A program made the position numbers and the translations under genes. From NCBI RefSeq assembly GCF_009914755.1, contig NC_060944.1: a stretch of DNA of 64,000 nt; one strand, written 5' to 3'. This DNA is from the human T2T-CHM13v2.0 reference genome, Homo sapiens. Under the pieces are notes generated by a model, which saw only the letters and a list, made by a program, of their open reading frames with translations, was not told where the DNA came from and did not search any database. This document shows, piece by piece, positions 1-25,395 of this stretch (positions are counted from its first letter, which is position 1; every line of letters starts with the position of its first letter).

Positions 1-1330
1 CTGGAAGATAAATTTTCTTACTAAGATGAATGTTTCTTTTTGACAGTGATTAAAAGATGATTAAAATAGTGGTGATTCTGTTGAAAAATTTTAAACATGT
101 ATTTTTTAAAAATGGAAAAACATTATTTGTGTATGCCATAGCAATTTATTTTGCCCACGTAGGAAACAGAAAGGGAAAAGAAGAATTTTTATATGGTTCA
201 ATATTTTACTGTTAAGATAACTTAATACGTATGTATCCTTCCATGAGGAATAAATAGGAAGGCTAAAATAGAAAGGTTAATGTAAACATTTTTTAAAAGT
301 AAATTGTTAGGTTTTAAAAAAACTTTAATTTTACTGTTGTTTTTTGGGCTTTAAGGAAGCTCTGTATCTCTAGGTTTTTAAATCCTAATGTACCAGGTTG
401 GCCCTTTTGCTGAGGATGAGGCACTTCTGTGGCAGTGTTGCCATGGTGACTGCTTGCCAAGTGCTGTCTCAAGGTCACTCATCACTCATAGCCCTGAATA
501 CTTGGATTTTGTTAAGGGAAAATATCAACACTCAGTTGATAAAATGAAGTTAATTATCATATCACATTACTGAAGCATATCTAGCAAAGTTATACTTATA
601 AACAGCATTTTGTGTTAGTATTGATGAACTGTATGTTTTTGAATATTGAGTTTTAACCTGCCAGATTAGAAGGCCAATGGAAAATCTATAAATTAGCCAT
701 AGCCCATATTGTAATACTTTAATTTTATTCCATTTCTGACTTTAAAAAATGCAGCAGCGTAATTTTACTGTGGTTATGTTTGAAGATATCTAAACATATT
801 TCCCTCAATATTTGCTTTTTGATATGAGGCAAGAGCAAAGATTTCTTAGCATTTATTTTATATTTTGGTAAACTTAGCTTGAAGTTGCCAGTTGCTGAAG
901 CCCTTGTCCATATAAGAACAGGATGATCATTATATTTTCCCCAAACCAGATTGCAGGTAGATAGTAGATCTATCTACCTAGGTTCTATTTCATATATTCT
1001 TTGTCTCATACTGCTGTTAATTTTCCTTGTCCTTACTTTGTAGGTTTTAATTTTTTTTGTTATATACGAACATTATACAAGAAAAGCTGTTCATTAAAGG
1101 TTTTTGTTGTTTTTATCAAACCAGTTTTCAATAAAGGAATATATGAAAAGAAATTCCCCTTTGCATTAGCCTATATTTCATCTGGGTCTTGTTCTAGAGA
1201 GAAAATCAGAGCTATGTGTCTTCATTAGGATGAAAGGTGACTTTGAAATCAGAGATGAGAAGCATTACTGTAAAAGGGAAAAATGTGATTGAAACAAACA
1301 AAAACATGCTTTTCAAAATACATGGTTAGA

Positions 1331-1634
1331 TTTTTTTTTTTTTTTTTAAGACAGGGTTTTGCTCTGTCACCCAGGCTGGATGGAGTACAGTGGTACGATC
1401 TTGGTTCACTGTAAAGTCTGCCTCCAGGGCTCAAGGGATCCTCCCACCTCAGCCTCCCGGGTAGCTGGGACTACAAGCACACACCACCATGTCCAGCTAA
1501 TTTTCGTATTTTTATGTAGAGACGGGGTTTCGCCATGTTGCTCAGTCTGGTCTTGAATTCCTGGGCTTAAGGGATTTGCTCGCTTTGGCCTCCTGAAGTG
1601 TTAGGATTACAGGCGTGAGCCACCGTGCCTGGCC
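1331..1634 (-). mobile_element. Alu (AluJ-like)
   Basis: Poly-T followed by the antisense Alu dimer. Confidence 0.93.
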
Positions 1635-1789
1635 TGAAAATCTGGTCTTTTGGCTAATTAGAATCTAACTAGTTCCTCTGCTTTCAAGGGAATTGGATGA
1701 ATTGGTTCTCCTAAAGCATTTTCATCTCTGCTTCTGTAGAGCAGACACCTTTGCAGTGTCCGATCAAGATACTTTTACACTCTTGAAAA

Positions 1790-3540
<1,751 letters not shown>

Positions 3541-3954
3541 TGAATGCAAAGCTCTATAGATATTGTTGCAAATATGCCAGGTAGTATATATATGCCAGCT
3601 AACGTTTGTTTCATTTTTGCATATTTATGAAGCCAAGTATATTATCTGATGCTATATTTGCTAATTTATTTGGAAAAAGGTGTTAATATAAAACTCTGTA
3701 AGCTATGATGTTAGGCAACATGATCTAGAAAAAAGAATATTGGAGTGGGAGGCCAGGGCCCTGCACTGATCTTCCATCTTTCTTTTACTGTGTGAACTTG
3801 GTTAAGTCACTTGTTGTGGTTCGTGTTTCTCATTTGTAAATCAAGGTATTTCCATTTCTGTTGTGACCATCCATAATTCCATTGTCAGTATTCTGTGTAG
3901 TAAAATTTGGATTATCTTCAATAATGGGGAGAATTGTAGTTCATACCAATCTAA

Positions 3955-4707
<753 letters not shown>

Positions 4708-4928
4708 TGATGGAACTGTTTATGTGGCAAGTAATTAGCAGTTTTTAAAATGTTTTGTGACTAACTCCACAAGGTTAGAATTGACTGTAGAAATAGCTGC
4801 TGAAAGAATATAGAGTAGAAATTGATTTTGCAATATTTTGAACCTGGGCTTCAAGTAGACTCTGGACTTTTTCAGTGAGAAGGAAGGGTTAATGTGCAAA
4901 ATATTTTGCTTTGAAGTTTTCTTTTCCC

Positions 4929-5140
4929 CTTTTTTTGTTTGAGATGGGGTCTCACTCTGTCACCCAGGCTGTAGTACAGTGGTGTGATCTCAGCTCACTG
5001 CAACCTCCGCCTCCTGGGTGCAAGTGATTCTCCCGTCTCAGCCTGCTGAGAAACTGGGATCACAGGCGCCTGCCACCATGCCTGACTAATTTTTTGTATT
5101 TTTAATAGAGATGGGGTTTCATCATGTTGGCCAGGCTGGT
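4929..5140 (-). mobile_element. 5'-truncated Alu
   Basis: Alu similarity ends at ggccaggctgg; flanked by tgaagttttctt / tgaagctttctt. Confidence 0.88.
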
Positions 5141-5694
5141 GAAGCTTTCTTTAACATGTCCCATTCTATAGCCCAGGAAAGCATTACAGTCTCAAAAGAT
5201 GGTGGACATCAATGTTTATTAAAACATTGTTTTTAAAAGTTTACAAAGTAGAATATATGTGAAAAGTGAAAGCTTTAGAATTAAATCCTTTCATACCCAT
5301 TTCCGTGCATATATAAACACACAGTTTTTACTTTGTTGGCTCACCTTGTACTTACTCTGCCATTGCCATCTTTTTGTCAGTATATAGAGATCTTTTTCAT
5401 TTAAAAAATAATGGCAAATATGAATCTGTGGATAGTCTAATAATAAACCAGCTATTTGCTGTTAAAACAGTGCCACAAAGAACATCCTTTTTCTCCCATC
5501 TTTACCCACTCCTGCAGAAATTTCCATAGAACGGATTCCTGAAAGTCAAATTTTTTGGGTCTGTGGATGTCCAAGGGATATCTTTCATATTTGGCTGGAT
5601 TTCAAAATTGCTTTTCAGAAAGCTTTAATAGCTTACAGTCCTGTCAACAGTAACACCTACTTTTTTCATGCCTATTTTCTTGGGATGATGATCT

Positions 5695-5930
5695 TATAGC
5701 AGCCATTTATTGAGTGCCCACCATGTGTTAGGAATTGTGTCAGGTGCTTAACTTGGCTTTCTCTAATCCTGATAATCCTGTAAGATATTATTTTCATCCC
5801 CATTTACAGTTGAGGAATTTGAGGGTCAGAGAGGTGAAATAACTTGCTTAAGGCCGCATAACTAGTAAATGGTAACACACTGGGGTTTAAACCGCCACCT
5901 GTCTGATTCCAAAGTCTGTGTTCCTCTTAA
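5695..5930. mobile_element. MIR
   Basis: MIR core-like ccccatttacagttgaggaatttgagggtcagagaggtgaaataacttgc. Confidence 0.8.
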
Positions 5931-6252
5931 TCACAAACTGTTTCTAATATTGAGAGGACCATCTGTAAATAGGTGCATATATGCAAATTGAGAATGTACA
6001 TATTTTCCTTCAAATTAAGTAATATAGTCAGATAATACATAGAAAGTTAATAGTCCTTCAAATCAGCCATAGCCCAAACAATATAGATAATTCAGTTTAT
6101 TGACAAAGATATATATGAGATATAATTTCTGACTCTGGCTTTAGATGTTTAGGTTTTGGACTTTTCAAATGAGTATAATCCTTAGTGGTTTCAAATTTAA
6201 CTTGAGGAACCAATGATTACAACTAAAAATATACTGCTAGTCTACAAACCCA

Positions 6253-6930
<678 letters not shown>

Positions 6931-6939
6931 AAAGAACTC

Positions 6940-8777
<1,838 letters not shown>

Positions 8778-8782
8778 ATGAG

Positions 8783-10935
8783 GACGTGCTTTCAAGTCAA
8801 TTGGATAAATACCTGGAAGTGTGATTGCTGGATCATATGGTTAAGTTAGGTTTTAGCTTTGTGAAAAACTGCCAAACTGTCTTCTGAAGTGGCTGTATCA
8901 TTTGTATGCTCACCAGCAATGAATTAGAGTTCCTGTTACTCTGCATGCTCACAACATTTGGTATTGTCAGTTTTTTTAGATTTTAGCCATTCCAATAGGT
9001 ATGTCGTAGTATCTCATTGTTTTAATTAGCAGTCCTGTAATAACAGATGATGTTCAGCATCTTCATATGCTTATTTGCTATATGTGTATCTTCAGTGAGG
9101 TGTCTTTAGTCCATCTTTTAACTAGTTTCTTGTGTTACTATTTTGTCATTGAAGAGCTCTTTATATATTTTGGAATGTAAATTCTCGATGTGTTAAACAT
9201 TTTTCTCACGATCTGGCTTGCTTTGATTTAAAAATTTTTTTTATTTCAATAATTTTGAGTTATAGGTGGTTTTGGTTACATTAATGAGTTCTTTTGTGGT
9301 GATTTCTGAGTTTTTAGGTGTACCTGAGCAGTGTACACTGTGCCCAATATGTAGTCTTATCCCTCATTCTTTTTTTTTTTTTTTTTTTTTTGAGATAGGG
9401 TCTCTGTCACCCAGGCTGGAGTATAGTGGTATGATTTTGGCTCACTGCAGCTTGACTTCTGGGGCTCAGGCGATCCTCCTACCGCAGCCTCCAGCCTCCT
9501 GAGTAGCTGATATCACAGATGCATGCCACCATACTCAGCTACTTTTTTGTATTTTTTGTAGAGACAGGGTTTCGCCATGTTGCCCAAGCTGGTCTCGAAC
9601 TCCTGAGGTCAAAGGATCTGCTTGCTTCAGCCTCCTAAAGTGCTGGGATTATGGGCATGAGCTACTGGGACTGGCCAATTTTTTTTTTTTTTCAAGTTGA
9701 CTTTTTTTTTTTTTTTTAAAGCTACACGGTCTCGATCTGTTGCCCAGACTGCAGTGCAGTGGCATGTTCATAGCTCACTGCAGCTTCAAATTCCTGGGCT
9801 CAAGTGATCCTCTTGCTTCAGCTTCCCCAAGAAGCTAGGACTATAGGCCTGTGCCAGCACACCCAGCTAATTTTTTTTCTTTTTCTTTTTTTTTTTATTT
9901 CATAGAGACAGGATCTTGCTATGTTGCCTGGGCTTTTCTCCAACTCTAAGCCTCAAGTGATCCTCTTGCCTCAGCTTCCCAAAGTGCTGGGATTACAGGC
10001 ATGAGCCACTGCACCTCGCTTAGGCTATTTTTTTAAAGAGCAGTTTAAGGTTATAGGAGAATGGAGAGGAGGGTACAGAGATTTCCCATATGTGCATGTC
10101 TTCCTCCATTATCAGCAACTCCCTGCCAGAGTGGTGGATTTGTTATAGTTGATGAATTTATGCTGACACATCATCACCTAGAGTTCATAGCTTACATTAG
10201 GGTTAATTCATAGAATGTTGTATATTCTGTGAGTTTAGGCAAATTTACAATGATCTACCATTAAAATATCATACAGAGTAGTTTCACTACCCTAAAAAAT
10301 CTATGCCCCACCTATTCATCCCCTCCTTCCCCGTAATCTCAGGCAACCATTGATCATTTTATTGTCCCCATAGTTTTGCTTTTTTTTTTGACATGTCATA
10401 TAGTTGGAACCATAAAGTATGTAGCCTTTTCAGACTAGCTTCTTTTGCTTAGTAATATGCATTTAAGTTTCCTCCCTGTCTTTTTATGACTTGATAGCGT
10501 ATTTCTTTACAGTGCTGAATGAGATTCCATGTGCCACAATTTATCCACTCACCTATTGAAGGACATCTTGGTTGCTTCCATGCTTTAGCAATTATGAATA
10601 AAGCTGCCATAAGCACCTGTGTATAGGTTTTTGTGTGTAGGATGTAAGTTTTCAACTTTGGGTAAAACACCAAGGAGCATGATTGCTGGTTAGAATATGT
10701 TTAGTTTTTTAAGAAATTGCCCAACTGTCTTCCAAAATGGCTTTTGCATTCCTACCAGCAATGAATGAGAATTCCTGTTGCTTCACATACTTTCCAGTGT
10801 TTGGTGTTGTCAGTGTTCTAGATTTTGGCCATTCCAACAGGTGTGTATTAGTATCATCATTTCAGTTTGCATTTCCCTGATGACGTGTGATGTGGATCAT
10901 CTTTTCATATACTTGTTTGTCATCTGTCCATCTGT
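8783..10935 (-). mobile_element. Old L1M (L1MB/L1MC-like) fragments with two antisense AluJ copies (about 9370-9677 and 9678-10025)
   Basis: ORF 10449-10673(-) gives AALFIIAKAWKQPRCPS (L1 ORF2 C-terminus); gattgctggatcatatggt and ccagcaatgaat motifs. Confidence 0.85.
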
Positions 10936-11329
10936 CTTGATTTTTTTTTTTTTAATTTGTGTTGGCAAATGAGGGTCAGGAATTGGATTTGGGATCTAGC
11001 TTTAAGGAATTAGTTAGGGTTTGGTATTTTGAATGTAAAACGGCCTAGGAATGTATATAAATCACAACTGTACCATATACCTTTTATTATTTTGTGATTA
11101 TAAAAGCATAGCAATCACTTTGGAAAATTTGGGATACTTTCAAAGCAGGAAAAAGTACTACTAGTAATTGTGGGGATTAACATTTTGTTATATTTTCTAA
11201 ATTCTTCTTTTTCTTCTCCTATATATTCTCCATATATCTCTGTATCCTTCTTTTACATGTAATTATGCAGAACTTTTAATAATATTTTAGAGGCTACTTT
11301 TATGATTATTAAAAGTAATTTTTTAAAAA

Positions 11330-11447
11330 TAATGATGAGGTCTTGCTATGTTGGCCGGATTGGTCTTGAACTCTTGGCCTCAAGCAGTCCTCTCCACTGG
11401 GCCTCCCAAAGTGCTAGGATTACAGGCGTGAGCCAACACGCCTGGCT
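11330..11447 (-). mobile_element. Alu left-arm monomer (FLAM-like)
   Basis: Single left-arm match; taaaagtaat on both sides. Confidence 0.8.
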
Positions 11448-11699
11448 AAAAGTAATGTTTATGTGAGCATCAGGTGCCACAAGCTTTGTCTACATTTCTC
11501 ATACTTCTTTGTTTAGAGTACTGGAAGTAGATTCTGGATCGAAGACTACTGCTGGATGTTACGAATTATTTTCCTAATCTATCCTTTTTATATTACATTA
11601 AGGAGTTTAACATTTTGTAGAGCTTAAAAAGTTTTTTGGTGGCATCATTTTTGTTTTATTTAAAAATTACAACAAAATTATTTGTCATTTTACCACTTA

Positions 11700-11880
11700 A
11701 AAGTCAGTGATTTTGGGTGATGATAATGTGTCAGTGTAGTTTCACCAGTTGTAACAAACTCACCACTCTGATAGGGGATGTTTATGATGGGGGGAGGAGA
11801 TGCATATGTAGAAGGAATAGATAGGCTATCTCTGTACTTGGTCTCAATTTTGGTGTGAACCTAAAACTGCTCTAAGAAAT
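11700..11880 (+). mobile_element. Old L1M 3' end
   Basis: gggtgatgataatgtgtcagtgtag...tgtgaacctaaaactgctctaa is typical of L1MC/MD 3' ends. Confidence 0.7.
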
Positions 11881-11950
11881 CAAAAAGGGAAAAAAATGGT
11901 ACAGTAATTAAACCATGCCCTCAATTCAGTTGCATATTAAATTTGAGTGC

Positions 11951-12570
11951 AGGCTGGGCATGATGGCTTATGCCTGTAATCCCAGCAGTTTAAGTGGCTG
12001 AGGCATGGCTGGGCACAGTAGCTCATGCCTGTAATCCTAGCACTTTGGGAGGCTGAGGCAGGCAGATCACCTGAGGTCAGGAATTCGAGACCAGCCTGAC
12101 CAACGTGGTGAAATGCCATCTCTACTAAAAATATAAAAAAATTAGCTGGGCGTGGTGGCAGGCGCCTGTAGACCCAGCTACTCAGGAAGCTGAGGCACGA
12201 GAATCTCTTGAACCTGGGAGGCGGAGCTTGCAGTGAGCCAAGATGGTGCCACTGCACTGTAGCCTGGGCTACAGAGCGAGATTCTGTCTCAAAAAAAAAA
12301 AAAAAAAAAAGAAAAAAGAAAAAGGCTGAGGTGGGAGGATCACTTGAACTCAGGAGTTTGAGACCAGCCTGAGCAGCATGAGGAAATCTTGTCTCTACAA
12401 AAACTACACAAATTAGCCAGGTGTGGTGGCATGCGCATGTGGTCCTAGCTACTTGGGAGGTTGAGGCAAGAGGATTGCTTGAGTCCGCCTGAGGGTGAGG
12501 CTGCAGTGAGCCATGTACTCCAGCCTGGGGAAAGAGCGAGACCCTGTCTCAAAAAACGAAAAAAAAAAAT
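11951..12570 (+). mobile_element. AluS (about 12007-12323) nested in an AluJ
   Basis: The outer Alu stops after ggctgagg and resumes with ggctgagg after the inner Alu's A-tail. Confidence 0.88.
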
Positions 12571-13329
12571 TTATGCACCTTTCTCCGTTTTTTTCCCCAA
12601 GTATGAGCAGATACATCTATATAAACATTGTTCTCACACATTAAAACAATCATGTTATTTTGCTTGCATTTTTTTTTTCAATTATTGTAGCATGGGCATC
12701 CTTTTAGGTAATTGTATATGGACATCTACTGCATTATTTTCAATGGCTATGTAATATACTGTTGTTGGATGTCCTTTATTTAGTCATTCATCTGTTAATT
12801 CAGCAAAGAACTATTGAGTACCTGTCATGTGCAAGTTACTGGGGATATATTCAACAAACAGAACAAACTGAAATCTCTCACCTCAAGGAGCTTGCATCAA
12901 GTTGGAGTTTATATTCCCCTATTGATGGTCATTATTTATTTCTCCTCTTTTTTTTTTTTTTAGGTAGAATATTGTAGTGAATATCCTTGTTATATTTTTC
13001 ATCTTTGTTAAAACCCCAATTGGTATCTACATCTTTTGTATCTTGATGTACTTGTGCTGTATTTCTAGCCATGGACTTGTTGAGTCTAAAGGATATATGC
13101 ATTTAAAGTTTTTAATTTTTGCCACAATACCATTTTCTTTATTTTACATTTCCTGAATGCTTGGAAGGGTTGTGCACGTTTTCATGTGTTTGCTGGTCAT
13201 TTGTACTACTGTGAATTGCCTACTCTGGTTCTTAGTCCATTTTTCTTAGTAGATTGTCTTTTCTTGTCTGTTTTTCTTAGTAGATTGTCTTTTCTAATTT
13301 GTAAAGCTCCTATGTATCCTAAACTTTAA

Positions 13330-14130
<801 letters not shown>

Positions 14131-14379
14131 AAGAAACTGAGGAGGGAGGTGGGGTAACATAGCTAGTAATTAGGACAGCTGGGATTTGAATCTTTTTTTC
14201 CTCCTTCCAGATCCATTGGAACAAGCATTATTTTTGATAATACTCCCATGACCATCCACTAACTTCTTATACTTCCTAAAAGTGATGTTGTATACTAGCT
14301 TTGTATGGTTCTTTCATTGACACCATTAAACCTAAGTTTAAAAATGAAGCATGTCATTCCCTCTCCCACCATTTAAAAA

Positions 14380-16407
<2,028 letters not shown>

Positions 16408-16753
16408 GGCTTTTAAGTCTTTTGTTAAAAACAACTCTGGCAGAGCAAGAAGACATACAGGCCACTATTTTGTTTGCTTTTGTTTTATAGTCAGTATTTC
16501 CTTTCAAGTTCTATTTTTGGCACAGAAGCTGCATTGGTCCTGGAAGAAGACCAGGCAACAAGCTGCTGTGGCTCCAGTTGAGTTTACTTTCCTTGACAAG
16601 TGAGGAATGCATTGGGTACTTGAATAAAACCAGGGAGGAATGATGGCACTTCCGTTGTGCCAGACCGTGGCAAGAAGCTAGGCAGCTACTGTAAGTCTGT
16701 ACTTTTTTTCTGTTATCTTTGGAATAGTTCACATGGTAGAAGAAAAAAAAATA

Positions 16754-22044
<5,291 letters not shown>

Positions 22045-23168
22045 TAGGGCCAGGAAAAATTGAGGAAAAATTCATTCCTCTTCACTGCCCCACAGGTGTC
22101 TTGGGGAGAGGGAGTATGAAAAACTAATTTAATTTTACCCTTTGTCTTTCAGGTTTGTCCTATTTCAAAGGCACGTGATGGGATCTTTTTGAAGTGCCTT
22201 TCTTAGCCACACCTAGGGATTAGGTTCTCTGAATTCAGGGACTTCTCACAGTATGTTTTTACTTGGTTGCCTTCCTTTTCCTAAAATGATTTAAGAAGTC
22301 CTTTGCACATACAGAATGCTCCGTGGCCATTAAATAACAACCCTTTTCCTGCCAGTCATTGACCTCCAAAAATTCAAGGGGTCAGTTTGTTTGAACTTGA
22401 GATCTAACACCATTTGTTCAGTTTTTTTGTTGAAATTACTGAATCAAACTTCAGAAAAAGGGTGGGGAGCACAACAGAGTGACAAAATTATGCTATTAAG
22501 TTGTGTAGAAAATAGAAAACACTTTTGAACATATAGACAAGATAAAAAGGCCACGTTTTGCGTTCGTCATACAACCGCTAAAAATACAGCAGTGCCTTGC
22601 TGCTGCTCTGTCTCTGTGGAATATCATGGTTAAAGTATAACCCCCATTTGGTGCATAGGAAAAAGGCACACAAAATTAATTTAATTTTTCTAAGATTACA
22701 TATATAAAATTACAAGGAACGTGTAGATTTCCTGACTATACCTGGTATTTTATCAATGAATTGAAATGTGTAAAGAACCTCAGAGTACAACAGAGTAATT
22801 ACTATGGTTTCCTAGCATGCATTGTAACTACTTAATACATTATTAATTATTCAGGGAGGTGGTTTTTTCTAGTTGCTACTATGTATATTTTGATTTTTTT
22901 TTTTTTTAGCACAGAGGCATAGTAATATTTGTATTAATGTTGGTGAAATGAAAATTTAAAATTTTATGTAAAATGAAAATTTAAATTGAATTTCAGAACA
23001 AAACTTTATCAAATATTTTCCAAAATAGGCTTTTGTGTTTTAAGTTTCTACCTTAATTAACTTTTAGGCCACCCTTGGTTTTTGAAATTTGAATCTGATT
23101 CTGTTTTCTTCAAGGGCCTGTATCTTCCTTTGTATACGCTTTGCATAGCAAGTACAGGTCATGCTTAG

Positions 23169-23241
23169 CATTGTGTTGAATGTTGAGTTTATTTCAGTGT
23201 AAACTGAATGCTTTAGCGTAAACTCAGCATTCAACACAATG
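23169..23241. repeat. Inverted repeat with 23-bp arms and an inner 6-bp hairpin
   Basis: cattgtgttgaatgttgagttta (23169-23191) versus taaactcagcattcaacacaatg (23219-23241): 22/23 Watson-Crick plus one U:G pair. Confidence 0.95.
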
Positions 23242-25069
23242 TCTGGCATTAAATGATTTGCATAGTATTATGTAAAATGTTCTTGTACATTGTAGCAGTG
23301 AGGATATCTGATATAATTTTGACATCAGCATTATATATGTAATTACATTTCTATTTTTAAGTATTAAGGAATGGAAATATTTTAATCTTAATATACTTAG
23401 GAACTCTGGGATCTTCCCCAACCTCCCCACTTCCCCCAATAGCTGCTGCTGGAGATGGAATCCTATCTGAGGGTTAATAATAATGCCATCACCCATTCCC
23501 TTCCCCCAGCCTTATGCTAGAGCCTAGTTTGCCTGCAGCTGCAGTGCTAGGCATCTTTCAGGAAGTGACCTTGGCTTGTATTAATCAAATTCAGAACACA
23601 CAAAAAAGCTTCTTGCTAACATGCTGACTTGATGTAAAATTTTATCGCATCCATTTTGTTTCAAAATGAGGCCATTTTGTAAAAAGAAGATATACAGAAG
23701 ACCCCTAATTTATTATATATCTATATATACGTATATGTAAAGCTTTTGCAAACCATGTTGAAAAAACAACTAGGTCTATTTTAAAGTAGACTTTTTATTG
23801 CCAAATATGCATAAACTTAAATCATGAAGGCTTGGGAATTGTTACTAGAAAATTACTTCTTTTAATGTCGAATTAAGAAAAAACTATCAGCATCGAGTTT
23901 ATTTACTATCTTAACTGACATTATATTGCTATATAAACTTTAAACACTGAAGTTATTTTGGAACCCTTCAGCAGTTATATTAAGTCACACACTTCTGTAT
24001 ATTTGCTTACTTTCACGTTTTCAGAAATAACTGGTATCTTACTTTGCTGGTTTGGATAAGAGCTAATATCCTACATGAAATCGTTTTCTTAGGCAATGGT
24101 GGTGCCTACAGGGTATTCTAAACGTAAAGGTAAATTTAAGTCAATGAGTCTGTTAAAATTCAACTACCTATTGTGTCAAAGAGAGAAATATTGCTAACTA
24201 CAAATTTACAGTGTGTTCATTTAGGATTTGACTAATCATTTTAATAGTAGAGCAGTTAATACAGCGATTTCACTTTTATCCTGTGGTGCTTCAAAGGCAT
24301 CTAGTTTTTAAATGTAGTCCAGTTAAGGTGTATGTAGTAGAGGTTTTCATTTTAGACTTGCTCAATGTTAAATATAGAATGTTGAAAATATTATTTAATG
24401 GATTAGTTTATTGGTTTCTGCATTTGAAGAAATTTACATAAATTAGTTAGGGAGCAGTTGTACCTACTGCCAAATGGTTCACTCCTGAGTTTATTGTACA
24501 GTTACTCCCAGGTACTGAAATATAAGAAAAGAAAAATTTAAACCTTAGCTAAGAGCTCTGCCTGCATTTCTGTGGATCCACATTATGAAAAGGATAGAGG
24601 AACATTACCTGTGTATAGTAATGGTTTGAGGAGAGGGTAGGGAAACTATGCAAATAAAAAAATTGGGGTATAGGCAAATCCTTCAGTTAGATGTCTTTAT
24701 TATCTGAGTTACTTTTAAAGCATTTACTGGATACACAACCAGTATTATCTTTTTACCATCCTATAAATTGTTCATAGAATTGCAACCTCATGGAGGAAAA
24801 TCCATCTCCTTTACCTGCCTAAATTTATTCTTTGTCTTGATACTAGCATTAATAATTGGTTTGTTAGATACTACAGGCTAAAGAAACTCAGATTTCAAGA
24901 AGAAAGAAGATAATTACTCGATCATTTCTCCCCTCAAACACCTGTTTAAAATATATTGTCTTGAATAAAATTGTCACCTTGAACTTATTGTGTTCTTTGC
25001 CTTCTCCACTCCCCTGTCCTTAAAAAAAATAAAAAGAAGGGAAAGCCTTATAAGAAAAGGAAAATGTGC

Positions 25070-25395
25070 AATCCTGGTAGCCAATGAGTTAATGTTCATT
25101 TGCAGCCCGAGGGGTCAGCATGCAGCCTGTGTTTCCTGATTGGCTGCTAAAAGGTGAAATTGAAACCACTGTAAACTTTTGACCCTGTAGCAATTCTTGT
25201 GGAACGCCTTCCACTGGTGGAGCCCAGAGCTTTGCTCACTTCCCCACCCAACTCTCCCACCCTCTTTCCTGTATTTATTTTGTGTGATCCTGCAGCACTG
25301 CATGCAGTTTTTCCAAAGTGGCAGGGAGAGAGAGGCAGAACAAGCGCAAGCAAGCGGCTTGCTTGAATGCCTGTTTTGGTAACCATTGGATAAGA
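25070..25395. promoter_or_regulatory. Candidate internal promoter or enhancer (NF-Y CCAAT boxes, ISRE)
   Basis: AGCCAATGAG 25079-25088, CTGATTGGCT 25136-25145 and GAAATTGAAACC 25156-25167 in a repeat-poor island. Motif evidence only. Confidence 0.45.

Noticed and set aside
955-979. 10-bp hairpin aggtagatag-tagat-ctatctacct
   Set aside because: Short and low in complexity; plausible by chance or local slippage in 64 kb.
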